Shown one piece after another: positions 19,695 through 30,087 of a stretch of 64,000 nt of DNA. How positions within the stretch are numbered: the first letter of the stretch is position 1; every line of letters begins with the position of its first letter. The translations under genes and the position numbers were made by a program. A model generated the notes under the pieces. That model did no database searches and was not told the DNA's origin. It worked only from the letters and a program-made list of their open reading frames with translations. Source of the DNA: Halorutilales archaeon Cl-col2-1. GTDB lineage: Archaea; Halobacteriota; Halobacteria; Halobacteriales; Afararchaeaceae. The stretch lies in the NCBI GenBank assembly GCA_041891055.1, contig CP169074.1, forward strand, positions 928,001 through 992,000. The letters run 5' to 3'.

Positions 19695-20099
19695 TTAAGA
19701 TCGACATCTGTGGAGGTCGACAGCCTTCCGTATACGGTTGACAAGCATCGCGTGTTCCTGGCTGTCGTTCTGTTTCGACGCGAGATAAGAGACGCCCGAG
19801 TCGATAGCCTCGGGAGCCACGGAGCTGAGGGGCTTGGCTGTTAGAAGAATAAACGGAGCTTCGAAGCCGGCGTCCCTGAGCTCTCCGAGAAGCTCAACCC
19901 CGTTCATACGCGGCATCTCGTAGTTCGAGACTACACAGTCTATACAGCCTGCGTCCTGGGGGCTTCGGGCGAGTTCGAGAGCCTCGTCGGGCGATCTGAC
20001 AGCCGTCGTCTCGAATCCGTGGGACTCCTCTAAGACGGACTTAATCCTCTTCGAGAAGAACTCACTGTCGTCGACTATGAGCACGTGAGTATCCGCCAT
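19695..20099 (-). CDS. Single-domain receiver protein with Asn at the phospho-acceptor position
   Basis: VLIVDD, DCVVSNYEMPRMNG, FILLT, YLASK; ATG at 20099. Confidence 0.85.
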   Translation of the reverse strand: MADTHVLIVDDSEFFSKRIKSVLEESHGFETTAVRSPDEALELARSPQDAGCIDCVVSNYEMPRMNGVELLGELRDAGFEAPFILLTAKPLSSVAPEAIDSGVSYLASKQNDSQEHAMLVNRIRKAVDLHRCRS

Positions 20100-20350
20100 T
20101 AACTCAAACGTACATTCATACCAGTATAAATCTGTGGAGACACGTCGAAAAAACGTCGAAGGTGAGCAGATCATGGACTGCTTGGTCTGGCTGCACAGGA
20201 CGACGGCGGGCAGTAAACACCGTCTCCGATGTATATGTAGTACTCACACGGTATTAACTAAATTGGTACATTACTCTATACGCAGACGTGGAATTATATG
20301 ACGTCTCCCAAAACCAAAGAAGGTTAAGCCAAAATACCGAAGACTCACCA

Positions 20351-21130
20351 ATGATAGCGACTCTGGGTCCCGAGGGTACCTACTCCCACCGTGCGTCGCT
20401 CGAAATCTGTGACGACATAGTCTTCTACGACAGCGTACACGAGATAGCTGACTCGGTCTCCGCCGGGGACGTCAAAGGAGGTGTCGTGCCTGTCGAGAAC
20501 TCGATTGAGGGAAGCGTCAACACTACTCTCGATGTACTCGCCGACTACGACGTTTACGTCCGCAAGGAGATACTCGTAGAGATCCACCACGCCCTAATAT
20601 CACAGTCGGAGGGGTTCGACGAGATAGCGAGCCATCCACAGGCTCTCGCACAGTGCCGTTCGTTCTTAGAGGCGGAGTACCCAGACGTCCATCTGAGATC
20701 GGTGAGTAGCACCGCGAAGGGGGTCGAGGAAGCCCGGGAGGACTCAGACATCGCTGCGATAGCACATCCCGACCTCGCTTCCGATGGGTTAGAGGTCGTA
20801 GCCGAGGATATACAGGACGTCGCCGCAAACGTCACGAGATTCTTCTATCTCACGACCGAGAGGTACGACGAGGGCGGCAAGACTACGGTAGTCGTATACC
20901 CCGGAAACGACAGACCTGGTCTCCTCTACGACATACTCGGCGTCTTCAAGGAACGCGGTGTCAACCTCACACGTATTGAGTCGCGCCCCTCGAAACGCGA
21001 ACTCGGCGACTACGTCTTCCATATCGACTACGAGGGGGGCTACGATGAGGAGATACTTGAGGGTCTCAACGACAAAGTTGACTGGATAAAGTACCTCGGA
21101 AGCTACGAGACTATGAGGGTCTCTGGGTAG
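20351..21130 (+). CDS. pheA: Prephenate dehydratase
   Basis: LGPEGTYS, VPVENSIEG, SHPQALAQC, NVTRF, NLTRIESRP. Confidence 0.96.
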   Translation: MIATLGPEGTYSHRASLEICDDIVFYDSVHEIADSVSAGDVKGGVVPVENSIEGSVNTTLDVLADYDVYVRKEILVEIHHALISQSEGFDEIASHPQALAQCRSFLEAEYPDVHLRSVSSTAKGVEEAREDSDIAAIAHPDLASDGLEVVAEDIQDVAANVTRFFYLTTERYDEGGKTTVVVYPGNDRPGLLYDILGVFKERGVNLTRIESRPSKRELGDYVFHIDYEGGYDEEILEGLNDKVDWIKYLGSYETMRVSG

Positions 21131-21134
21131 CAGA

Positions 21135-21782
21135 CTAGATCCTCATCTCGTCCTCGAACCAGTCCCTATAAGTCTTCGCCCTTTCAAGCCTCTCGCGCGC
21201 TATACGTCTCCCCGTCTCGGTCTCGATCCAGCCGAGCGTCTTCTCGCCTCTCTCGATCACCCTGTCTATCATATCGGGAACCTCGGTATGGGATCTCGCC
21301 TCGTAGCCGACACGCATCGACATCATCGTCGCTCCTCCGACTCCTATCTTGTCTATGGCGTCGCTCTCTATGAGTATCTTCGACTCGAGAGGAAGATTGG
21401 ACTCCATGTCGCCTATGTGGTCGAGAATCGTGCGTCGGACGTCGTCTATGAAGGCGTCGGAGTACCCCCTCTTGTCGAGGTACTCCTCGGCTATGTCGGC
21501 ACCCTCGTCGGCGTGGTCTTCCTGGTCAGCTTCGAACTTCGCAACGTCGTGGAAGAGTGTCGCAACCTTGACTACGTCGACGTCGGCGCCCTCCTCACGT
21601 CCTATCCTCTCAGCGAGTCCGAAGGCTCCCATTATGTGGTCGAACCTGTAACGTGGCGAGTGCCAAGGATACCATCTCATCCGGTCTCCGTCGGTGTCGA
21701 CGGTGTCCTGGAGATGTGACCTCACGAACTCCTCCATCTCGCGGAAGTCGTCACGGTCTATCTCCTCGGCTGCCGTCCCCAT
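21135..21782 (-). CDS. HD-domain protein
   Basis: RFDH...LFHDVAK...DH...DH...ESDAID. Confidence 0.88.
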   Translation of the reverse strand: MGTAAEEIDRDDFREMEEFVRSHLQDTVDTDGDRMRWYPWHSPRYRFDHIMGAFGLAERIGREEGADVDVVKVATLFHDVAKFEADQEDHADEGADIAEEYLDKRGYSDAFIDDVRRTILDHIGDMESNLPLESKILIESDAIDKIGVGGATMMSMRVGYEARSHTEVPDMIDRVIERGEKTLGWIETETGRRIARERLERAKTYRDWFEDEMRI

Positions 21783-21881
21783 CTATCCACCTCCCGTGAG
21801 GTCTTTTCGAGTTCGGGATGAACCGTATTCGTTTTCATGTTCTTAAATAAAACCCCAGATTAATTAGAATTCGGGGTCGAG

Positions 21882-22997
21882 TCAGTCGCCGACTTGTTTT
21901 CTGCCGCCGAGTCTGTCAGGATGTACCTCGCCCGCGCGTATGAGGAAGTCGACTGTGACGAGTGCCATCATCGCCTCGACAACGGGGACGGCTCTCGGAG
22001 GTATGACGGGGTCGTGTCTTCCCGTCACCGAGATCGGAACGTCGTCCTCACCCGTCTCCCAGTCGACTGTGTGCTGTTCCTTGGGTATCGAAGACGGCGC
22101 CCGGAATGAGACCTCGCATCTCACGGGCATTCCGTTAGTGATTCCGCCTAAGACTCCTCCGGCGTTGTTAGTCTCGGTGACTATCTCGTCGTCTTCGTAG
22201 ACCCACTCGTCGTTTAGCTCGTACCCCGTCATCTCTGTGACACGTTTACCGACGCCTATCTCGAAGGCGGTCGATGCGTTTATACTCATCATAGCCTTCG
22301 CGAGAACCGACTCGAACTTGTCGTAGATCGGCTCGCCGAGTCCCTTGGGGACGCCGGTGGCGTAACACTCGACGCTCCCGCCTATCGAGTCGCCGCTCTC
22401 CTTGTAGTCGAGTATGAGATCCTGCATCTCGTCAGCCTTGTCGGGGTCGGCACATCTCACGTCGTTTGACTCGGAGTTCTCGATGATCTCCTCGAACGAC
22501 GCCTCCGCACGTACGTCGCCTATCTGGTTGACGTGTGCCTTGATCTGAATCCCCTTGTCGTCGAGTATCTTCTTGGCTATCCCCGCGGCGGCGACCCTGC
22601 ATGCCGTCTCGCGCGCGCTCGAACGTCCCCCTCCTCTCCAGTCACGTGTGCCGTGTTTCGCCTCGTAGGTGAAGTCGGCGTGTCCGGGGCGCGGCTTCGT
22701 GATGAAGTCCTCGTACTTCGAGGAGTCGGAGTCCTTGTTCCAGATAATCATAGAGATAGGAGTCCCCTGTGTCTCGCCGTCGAAGACACCCGAGAGTATC
22801 TCGACTTTGTCCGCCTCACCGCGCGATGTCGAGACGTCGCTCTGTCCCGGCTTCCGTCTGTCGAGGTCTTTCTGTATCTCCTCCTCAGAGAGCTCTATCC
22901 CCGCGGGACAGCCATCGACGACTACTCCTATCGCCTCGCCGTGGGACTCGCCCCACGTCGTAATCTTGAACTCATCTCCGAAGCTGTTTCCGTTCAT
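21882..22997 (-). CDS. aroC: Chorismate synthase
   Basis: TWGESHG, PRPGHAD, GGGRSSARETA, GRHDP. Confidence 0.98.
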   Translation of the reverse strand: MNGNSFGDEFKITTWGESHGEAIGVVVDGCPAGIELSEEEIQKDLDRRKPGQSDVSTSRGEADKVEILSGVFDGETQGTPISMIIWNKDSDSSKYEDFITKPRPGHADFTYEAKHGTRDWRGGGRSSARETACRVAAAGIAKKILDDKGIQIKAHVNQIGDVRAEASFEEIIENSESNDVRCADPDKADEMQDLILDYKESGDSIGGSVECYATGVPKGLGEPIYDKFESVLAKAMMSINASTAFEIGVGKRVTEMTGYELNDEWVYEDDEIVTETNNAGGVLGGITNGMPVRCEVSFRAPSSIPKEQHTVDWETGEDDVPISVTGRHDPVIPPRAVPVVEAMMALVTVDFLIRAGEVHPDRLGGRKQVGD

Positions 22998-23139
22998 CTT
23001 GTCCTAAGATTACGTGGAGATGCCATAAATATCGGGTATGTCACCGCGAACAACGGGAATGTCTGTCGGTGTCTGTCGGAGACGTAGTATTGTGGGAAAT
23101 CCCCAAAACATTAAGTTAGATCACGGCATATCCACGAAT

Positions 23140-23586
23140 ATGAGCCAGCACGAAGACTCAAAGAGTTCTCGGGATGAGAAAGAGAAGATCCGTGAGAAGA
23201 AGATGAAAGAGATGATGGGCGAAGGCTCCGACGAGACCGGCGAGACGCCCGACGAGACCGGCGAGACGCCCGACGAGCCCGTACACGTACACAGTGCCGC
23301 GGAGCTCGACGACCTTGTCACGACACACGACGTCGTATTCGTCGACTTCTACGCCGACTGGTGTGGGCCGTGCCAGATGCTCGAACCCGTAGTCGAGTCG
23401 CTAGCCGCCTCTACAGACGCCGCAGTCGCGAAGGTCGACATAGACGAACAGCAGGAGCTAGCGATGAAGTACCGTGTCCAGAGCGTCCCGACGATGTACC
23501 TCTTCTCGGGAGGCGAGCCCGTAGAACAGGTCATGGGAGTACAGCAGGAGAGTCAGCTCAGGTCGCTGATACAGCAGTACACTTGA
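23140..23586 (+). CDS. trxA: Thioredoxin
   Basis: DFYADWCGPC, VQSVPT; acidic N-terminal linker with a 21-bp duplication (DETGETP)2. Confidence 0.93.
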   Translation: MSQHEDSKSSRDEKEKIREKKMKEMMGEGSDETGETPDETGETPDEPVHVHSAAELDDLVTTHDVVFVDFYADWCGPCQMLEPVVESLAASTDAAVAKVDIDEQQELAMKYRVQSVPTMYLFSGGEPVEQVMGVQQESQLRSLIQQYT

Positions 23587-23607
23587 GATGAGATAGAGTA
23601 GAGTGGC

Positions 23608-23979
23608 GTGAACTACCCCGACCTACAGCGTTCGGCTTACGCCTCACTTGTTGAGGTCGGGGCTTCCAGCGAAGTTTCCTTCAGAGTCTGACCAGATTCA
23701 AGGCAGAGAGACTTATTCGCTGTGGGATGTCCACGACCCGCTCTAGACTCTCTTTCCCAAACGGCTTGTTCGGGAGGTTGAGCTTACCTGTCAAACATGG
23801 CAAAACGACAAGAACCGGATGGTTGTTGCCGTCTGCTTTGAGGGTTTGAGTTAGTTCCACGTTTGACAAGTTAACATACGTTATATTATAGTATTAGATT
23901 TGTGGTTGTCGGGCGTATCCCCTCCCTACTCATCTGCTAAAGCAGATTCCTTGACGAAGGGGCCTTACCCTCGATTTGG
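23608..23979 (-). mobile_element. Non-autonomous IS200/IS605 deletion derivative (PATE-like, ~372 bp)
   Basis: Minus strand: TTTAT then CCAAATCGAGGGTAAGGCCCCTTCG left end; right end AAGCCCCGACCT...AGGTCGGGGTAGT-TCAC; interior looks like fused tnpB N- and C-terminal remnants. Confidence 0.8.
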
Positions 23980-24029
23980 ATAAATGGCGTAGACAACAGA
24001 TTGAATAAGACTAAGCTTTTATCTATTCC

Positions 24030-25061
24030 ATGGCAGACACAGACTCTTCGGAAGTACGTGACGTAGTCATAGCGGGATCGGGAATGGCGGGTTCGACAGC
24101 CGCGATATACGCCGCGCGCGCCGACCTCAATCCTCTCGTCTTAGAGGGCGACGAGCCCGGCGGTCAGCTTACTCTTACGACTGACGTCGAGAACTTCCCC
24201 GGCTTCCCCGAGGGGGTCGGAGGCTTCGAACTCGTCGACAACTGTAAGGAGCAGGCGTCTAAGTTCGGCGCAGAGTACAGGTCGTCGTCTGTCGTAGACG
24301 TCGACCTCGACGAGAGACCCTACACAGTGGAGCTCGACGACGGCGACGTCGTGGAGACGCGTTCTTTCGTGGTTGCCTCGGGCGCGAGCGCGAGATGGGT
24401 GGGTGCGGAGAACGAGGACGAGATGATGGGACACGGACTCTCGACGTGTGCGACGTGTGACGCCGCCTTCCACAGGGACGACGTCGTCCTCGTCGTGGGA
24501 GGAGGCGACTCGGCGATGGAGGAGGCGCTCTTCCTCACGAAGTTCGCGAAGGAGGTCGCTATCGTCCACAGACGTGACGAGCTACGTGCCTCGGAGATAA
24601 TGAAGGAGAGGGCGATCGACAACGACGATATACATTTCCTCTGGAACACCGAACTAGTCGAGATAGAGGGAAGCCCCGACGAGGGGGTCACCGGAGCGAA
24701 GCTAGTGAAACACCCCGACGGCTACCCGAAGGAGAAGTACGAGGAGGGCAGCGATGAGGTCGAGGAGATAGACTTCGACTGCCAGGGCATATTCTACGCG
24801 ATAGGACACACTCCCAACACCGACTATCTCGAAGGAACAGACGTCGAGCTAGACGAAGACGGCTACGTCGAGTCGCTCGAAGGCAACACCTCGGAGACAG
24901 GAGTCGAGGGAGTCTTCGTCGCGGGTGACGTCTCTGACAGGAAGTACCAGCAGGCTATAACCGCCGCCGGAATGGGATGTATGGCAGCGATGGACGCAGA
25001 GGAGTACATCGAGGAGATAGAGGACGAAGAGAGAAGAGAAGCAGAGACTGCGGCTGACTGA
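24030..25061 (+). CDS. trxB: Thioredoxin reductase
   Basis: GGQLTLTTDVENFPGF, CATCD, GGGDSAMEE, HRRDE, VAGDV. Confidence 0.96.
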   Translation: MADTDSSEVRDVVIAGSGMAGSTAAIYAARADLNPLVLEGDEPGGQLTLTTDVENFPGFPEGVGGFELVDNCKEQASKFGAEYRSSSVVDVDLDERPYTVELDDGDVVETRSFVVASGASARWVGAENEDEMMGHGLSTCATCDAAFHRDDVVLVVGGGDSAMEEALFLTKFAKEVAIVHRRDELRASEIMKERAIDNDDIHFLWNTELVEIEGSPDEGVTGAKLVKHPDGYPKEKYEEGSDEVEEIDFDCQGIFYAIGHTPNTDYLEGTDVELDEDGYVESLEGNTSETGVEGVFVAGDVSDRKYQQAITAAGMGCMAAMDAEEYIEEIEDEERREAETAAD

Positions 25062-25067
25062 CTAAGA

Positions 25068-25808
25068 CTAAGCTATCTCCCTACTCGTCTCGACTGTTAT
25101 CCTCTCTCCTATGTCGAGCTTTATAGTCTCATCGGGTGGGACTCCGTCGCGTATCTTGGTGACGGCGAGTCTATTTTCTATCTTATCACCCTCGGGATCT
25201 ATCATGAGGTAGAAGACTACGTCTGAGACCCCGAGGACGTACTCCTCGTCGCGCGTCAGAGGACGGTCTCCCTTCGTAATATGGAGACATGCGATACCCG
25301 AGGATGCGTGGGTGACCTCGTGTATCCGTCTCAGGGAAGTCTTGTACTCGTTCTGTTTCTGTCTGACGTACTCCGAGAAGGAGTCGAAGACGACGTTCTG
25401 TGGCTCGTCGGTGTCGAGACTATCCAAGCCGTCGAGGATATCCTGAGTCGTAGTTGTAGTTGTAGTCGTAGTCGTGTCGGTTTGGGTTCTGTCGGAGTCA
25501 CGATCCTCGGAGTCCTGGATTCCGACCTCAACGACGTTCAACGTCTCTTCGGACTCCAACTCGTCTTGATCCTCATCGTCTAGGTACTCTCCGACGCTAC
25601 CCGAGTCGAGCTCTCCGATGGATCGGACTATGCTCTCGGACGGACGTGAGTTGGTAAAGTAGAGAGTCGGTCGCGTGAGTGCGAGCTGTTCGAGGAAGAG
25701 CTCCCCCATACTCATGGGATGTGAGACGAGAGAGATTACGCTCCCCTCCGGGACGCCGCCGTCGAGACGTGAGTCGAGAATACTGATTCCTGTGTTGAGA
25801 CTAGACAT
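25068..25808 (-). CDS. RAD55/KaiC/ArlH-like protein with degenerate Walker A
   Basis: TGISILDSRLDGGVPEGS, VVFDSFS, VTKIRDG; P-loop reads HPMSMGE. Confidence 0.82.
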   Translation of the reverse strand: MSSLNTGISILDSRLDGGVPEGSVISLVSHPMSMGELFLEQLALTRPTLYFTNSRPSESIVRSIGELDSGSVGEYLDDEDQDELESEETLNVVEVGIQDSEDRDSDRTQTDTTTTTTTTTTQDILDGLDSLDTDEPQNVVFDSFSEYVRQKQNEYKTSLRRIHEVTHASSGIACLHITKGDRPLTRDEEYVLGVSDVVFYLMIDPEGDKIENRLAVTKIRDGVPPDETIKLDIGERITVETSREIA

Positions 25809-25809
25809 G

Positions 25810-27888
25810 TTACATGAATATGAAGACGCCGAGAGCAATGAGTGTTAGCACTATGCTGTACTTGAAGCCGCTGTATATACTGTTCTCACCCATCTGTCCC
25901 GCGAGGAGACCGCTCGAAAATGCCTGTATGATAGCTGAATGGAAGAGAACCATACGGTAGGTGTCGAGTGGTATCTCCTCGAAGCTCAACGCACCTCCTC
26001 CCGCCTGGCTCAGTCCCTCGGCTCCCGAGGTCGATTCGGCGATGTTAGTGAGGAATGTGTTGTCGAGTATGACGACGACGAAGAGGAAGACGAGAAAGCT
26101 GATAATTATGATAACGACGTAGATTATCATGTTCTGGAATCGCTCGCGGTCGAGCTTGTAGGCACTCTCGACATCTCTCGCCGCGACCTCAAGGACATCG
26201 CCTATGTCCCCGCTCGACTCGTTCGCCTTTGTGATGAGCTTCACAGTCCGAGAAAGACGCGGAATCTCCATCCGGTTAGCGAACCGTATGAAAGAGTCGT
26301 TGAGATCGGCGTCCCACTCTATCTCGGTGTAGACCTTCTCGAACTCATTGGCGAGAACACCGGTCGAAGTCTCGTAGACCATCTGAAGGCTCTCGGTGAG
26401 TGTCATCCCCGTCTCGTTCGCGCCAGAGAGCTTCTTGAGTGTGTCGGGAAGCTCCCTCAGAACCTTCCTCCTACGTCTCATCTTTAGCTCGTGGAAGAGC
26501 GACAGGGGGAAAGAGACTGTGAGCGCCGGGATTACGAAGAGGGTCGCTGTATTCCAGATAGGACGGCTCTTGAGAGCCGAGAAGGTCGGGGTTGAGACCC
26601 CCGTGAGGACGAAAGCCGCGAATACGGCGACTGCGACGGGAGCCGTCACGACGACTGTGAGGATCGGCTGTCTCTTGACAGACGAGAGGGGGTTCCTGAG
26701 GAACTTCTTGACCCGTTCCTTCTTCTTCGCTCTCTTGAGTGACTTATATCTCGGGTCATCGGCGAGCTTCTCTCCGTCATCTGTCTCCCTGTCAGCCCAG
26801 TCCTCTATCTCGAACTCGTCGAACTCGGTCTTGAGCTTGCTACTCGACTGCTCACCCCCCGTAGAGAGTATGTCAATCACGAAGGCGAATCCGAGACTTC
26901 CGAGTGGTATCACTAGGTAGACGATGGCGTATATCTGTGTCAGACTCGCTCCGCCGAGGACGCTCATAATGACTGTGATGATTATGATGAAGAGTGGACC
27001 CGCGACGAAGGCTGTGACGTACGACTCGGCTATGAGAGCGAGTGTGTCGAGGAATCCCTTCTGCTCCTGTCTCGCGCGTTCGAGATACTGTTCACTCTTC
27101 TGGAGTAGGAAAGGGGTTATGTCACCTCCCGAGTCGACTATGCCGAGGAGGTCGTCGAGGAAGTCCTCCATGCTATCGCTCGGCGTGGTCTCGCTCGCGT
27201 TACGGAGCGCGAGACGCAGGTCGCTCCCGAAGTACTCCATGTCGTTGAGTATCATCTTGAACTCGTTCGAGACCTCTCCGTAGGCGTCGTCGGCGTTTGC
27301 GATAGCCTCTATGACCTCGACTATATTCATGCCTCCACGTGACAGGGCGTACATGAAGGTGACTGCATGAGGAAGCGTCGTGTTGATCTCCCTCTTGCGC
27401 TCCCCGGCGTGAAAGCTGGGTATGTAGTAGAGGACGGCACCCGCTATCACTCCGAAGAAGACCGAGAGGACGACAGCAGAGAAGACTCCGGTCAGTACCG
27501 TCTTGTTGTTCTCTATGAAGACTGCGACGTTCGGCGGCACCGTCACACCGAGGGTATACTGGGAGAATATACCGAGTGACGCGAGGATGTACGTAACACC
27601 GATGCCGAGACCCGCACCGAGGAGTCCGAGGAGGACTGAGTAGAAGGCAACCCGCGAGAGATACATGTCGTATCCGACCTCCATCTTCGCCTGATGTAGC
27701 TTCTTACGCAGGTCAGCGTAACTGTCCTCGCGCCTCTGGAAGTAGTCGCCGAAGATACGGTAGGCTATTCTGTCGACGAACCTCACGGCTCGGGTGGCTA
27801 AGTCAGTGTCGTCGGGTTCGGTTCCGGGACTGAGGTCGCCGGGTTTGTCGTCTGCTTCGGAACCCTGTGGCTGTGTCTGGTTCGACAT
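25810..27888 (-). CDS. pilC: Type IV pilus platform protein (PilC-like, two T2SSF domains)
   Basis: Multi-TM, INTTLPHAVTFMYALS, ELPDTLKKLS; follows the ATPase gene. Confidence 0.88.
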   Translation of the reverse strand: MSNQTQPQGSEADDKPGDLSPGTEPDDTDLATRAVRFVDRIAYRIFGDYFQRREDSYADLRKKLHQAKMEVGYDMYLSRVAFYSVLLGLLGAGLGIGVTYILASLGIFSQYTLGVTVPPNVAVFIENNKTVLTGVFSAVVLSVFFGVIAGAVLYYIPSFHAGERKREINTTLPHAVTFMYALSRGGMNIVEVIEAIANADDAYGEVSNEFKMILNDMEYFGSDLRLALRNASETTPSDSMEDFLDDLLGIVDSGGDITPFLLQKSEQYLERARQEQKGFLDTLALIAESYVTAFVAGPLFIIIITVIMSVLGGASLTQIYAIVYLVIPLGSLGFAFVIDILSTGGEQSSSKLKTEFDEFEIEDWADRETDDGEKLADDPRYKSLKRAKKKERVKKFLRNPLSSVKRQPILTVVVTAPVAVAVFAAFVLTGVSTPTFSALKSRPIWNTATLFVIPALTVSFPLSLFHELKMRRRRKVLRELPDTLKKLSGANETGMTLTESLQMVYETSTGVLANEFEKVYTEIEWDADLNDSFIRFANRMEIPRLSRTVKLITKANESSGDIGDVLEVAARDVESAYKLDRERFQNMIIYVVIIIISFLVFLFVVVILDNTFLTNIAESTSGAEGLSQAGGGALSFEEIPLDTYRMVLFHSAIIQAFSSGLLAGQMGENSIYSGFKYSIVLTLIALGVFIFM

Positions 27889-27894
27889 GGTTTA

Positions 27895-30027
27895 TCAGAC
27901 GTCTACGGAGGCTCTCTCTTCGAGCGATTCGACGTCTAGCTCACCCTCACGTATACGTTCTATTATCTTCTCGGGATCTGTCATGAATGTCTGTATCGTG
28001 CGTGAGACCTCGCGGTAGTCGGTTATGTCGTTGTCGACGAGGTACTCCAGAACCTCACGTCGCATGTCGATCTGATGTTCGAGCTCCTCGTCGCTCCAGC
28101 CTCTCGACCGTTTTATCTCCTCTAAGGCGGTCGACTGTCCCGTCCGCATGAACGAGTCAGACTCGGCGTCCCACTGGAATATGTCGTTCGTACGTATGTT
28201 CTGTGTCTTGGGGTCGATACCGATTATCTCGACGAGCTTCATGTTACGTCTGACCCTCTTTCCGCCGACGAATGTCTGTGACTGTATCGAGACTATGTCG
28301 AGTGCCTTGAGCATCGACCTCGGGACGCTTATAGGCGGGTTTTCGAGACGGTGTATCGCGGCGTCGACCGAGTCGGCATGCATAGTCGAGTAGGTCGTGT
28401 GCCCCGTAGACATCGCCTGGAAGAGCGTGAGAGCCTCCTCACCACGTACCTCTCCGACTATGAGGTACTCGGGGCGCTGTCTCAGGGCGGCGCGGAGAAG
28501 CTCGTACATGTTTATCTCTCCCGTGTCATCCTCCGAGAACGACTCTCTCGTGACACTCGGAATCCAGTTGGTGTGAGGGAGAGTAATCTCACGCGTGTCC
28601 TCTATCGAGACGACCTTACTCTTAGGAGGTATGAAGAGCGAGACGGCGTTCATGCTCGTCGTCTTACCACTCGCCGTACCTCCCGCGAAGATCAGCGACT
28701 TGTTATTCTCGATACAGATCCAGAGGTACGCCATCTCCTCGAGTGAGAAGGTGTCCCAGTTGAGGAGATCTATCGGTGTAAAGGGTATCTCGTTGAACTT
28801 ACGTATCGTGAAGGTCGATCCACGCGAGGTTATCTCACTTCCGAGTGTAAGCTGTATACGTGATCCGTCGGGCATGCTCGCGTCGACCATCGGGTTGGCT
28901 ACCGAGACGTGCTTTCCGCTCCTCTGTGCGAGCTTGATAACGAACGAGTCTAGCTCGTCCTTCTCGAACTCGACGTTTGTCATCAGGTCGCGGTAGTCAC
29001 GGTGGTAGACGAAGACAGGAACCCCGACGCCGTCGCACGATATGTCCTCTATGTCGGGGTCACGCATTATGGGGTCTATCTTGCCGTCGTGTATGTAGTC
29101 GCGCTTGAGGTAGTAGAGTATCTTAGAGAGTGAGCCGTCGTCGATGTCGATTCCGTAGGTGTCGATTATCTTCCTCGTCCTCCTCTCTATAACAGTTTCC
29201 TTGTCCTCAGACTCGTGGGTATCCTCGTGCATGAGGACGTCGCGGAGACGCTGTTTGATATCCTCCCTCACCGTCCTCTCGAACTCGTCGAGACTCGGCT
29301 CCGAGATATGGTAACGGAAGTCGTTCTCCTCGTCGTTGTAGAGTATCGAGATATATGCGTAGGGCTTGTTGACCCAGTACCTCTCGTACTCCTCATAGCC
29401 TTCGAGACCCTCAAACTCGGCTATGTTACTCTTAGCCGCATTGAGGAGCGAGGAGACCTCCTCGTCGGAGAACGCCTCGGATACCTCCTCCGAGTCGAAG
29501 AAGTCCCTGACGTCCTCGACCATCTTCTCGGGCTCGATGCTCTCCTTCTGAACCTGTGTCGGCATCTCGCTCATCACCTGAGGCTCTCCGTCGTCCTCGT
29601 CCTGGATCACATCATCCAGATCCATCTCGTCAGTACTATCCATGTTGTCCACGTCAGCGTCCATGCCGACATCGCCTGAGTCGAGTACGTCGCGTTTCTT
29701 TATCTCGGAGGACTCGTCGGACTCTGCCCCGTCGTCTTGGTGACCCGCTTCGTCGGGCTCGTCACGGCTGATGCCCATTCTCTCTTCGACCTCTTCCTCT
29801 ATGTCATCGGGTATTAGGTCGCTCGGGTCGGTGTCGTCGACCCCGAAGTCGGATACGCCGGTCTCTCCGTCGTGTGTCTCGTCGTCGGAGTCACCGTCAC
29901 CGTCGACATCGGAGACGTCCGGCTCCTCACGTGAGTCCGTGTCTCCGCCCCTGTGTCGGTCGCTTTGGCTGTCACTCTCCTCTTCTACATCGTCGCTGTC
30001 CCTGTTCTTATCGCCCTTTCCGTCCAA
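27895..30027 (-). CDS. pilB: Type IV pilus assembly ATPase (PilB/ArlI-like) with long acidic N-terminus
   Basis: GGTASGKTT, SIEDTRE, LRQRPEYLIVGEVRG, GHTTYSTMHA; TTG start uncertain. Confidence 0.92.
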   Translation of the reverse strand: MDGKGDKNRDSDDVEEESDSQSDRHRGGDTDSREEPDVSDVDGDGDSDDETHDGETGVSDFGVDDTDPSDLIPDDIEEEVEERMGISRDEPDEAGHQDDGAESDESSEIKKRDVLDSGDVGMDADVDNMDSTDEMDLDDVIQDEDDGEPQVMSEMPTQVQKESIEPEKMVEDVRDFFDSEEVSEAFSDEEVSSLLNAAKSNIAEFEGLEGYEEYERYWVNKPYAYISILYNDEENDFRYHISEPSLDEFERTVREDIKQRLRDVLMHEDTHESEDKETVIERRTRKIIDTYGIDIDDGSLSKILYYLKRDYIHDGKIDPIMRDPDIEDISCDGVGVPVFVYHRDYRDLMTNVEFEKDELDSFVIKLAQRSGKHVSVANPMVDASMPDGSRIQLTLGSEITSRGSTFTIRKFNEIPFTPIDLLNWDTFSLEEMAYLWICIENNKSLIFAGGTASGKTTSMNAVSLFIPPKSKVVSIEDTREITLPHTNWIPSVTRESFSEDDTGEINMYELLRAALRQRPEYLIVGEVRGEEALTLFQAMSTGHTTYSTMHADSVDAAIHRLENPPISVPRSMLKALDIVSIQSQTFVGGKRVRRNMKLVEIIGIDPKTQNIRTNDIFQWDAESDSFMRTGQSTALEEIKRSRGWSDEELEHQIDMRREVLEYLVDNDITDYREVSRTIQTFMTDPEKIIERIREGELDVESLEERASVDV

Positions 30028-30087
30028 AAGGATTCACCCAGAACTGGAAGTAGTATTGGTATCAGACGACATAAGTGTTGGGGGGAC

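Noticed and set aside
23230-23277. 21-bp tandem duplication in trxA, plus poly-Thr (25449-25475) and DG runs (cobO)
   Set aside because: Short in-frame slippage in disordered linkers; no sign of phase variation
23608-23760. IscB/HEARO omega-RNA on the plus strand (GTGAACTACCCC...GACCAG resemblance)
   Set aside because: No iscB nearby; better explained as a minus-strand IS605 right end with tnpB remnants and a matching left end. An Infernal scan would settle it
25810-30027. Archaellum arlIJ
   Set aside because: No archaellins or arlCDEFG adjacent; the architecture fits a PilB/PilC pair
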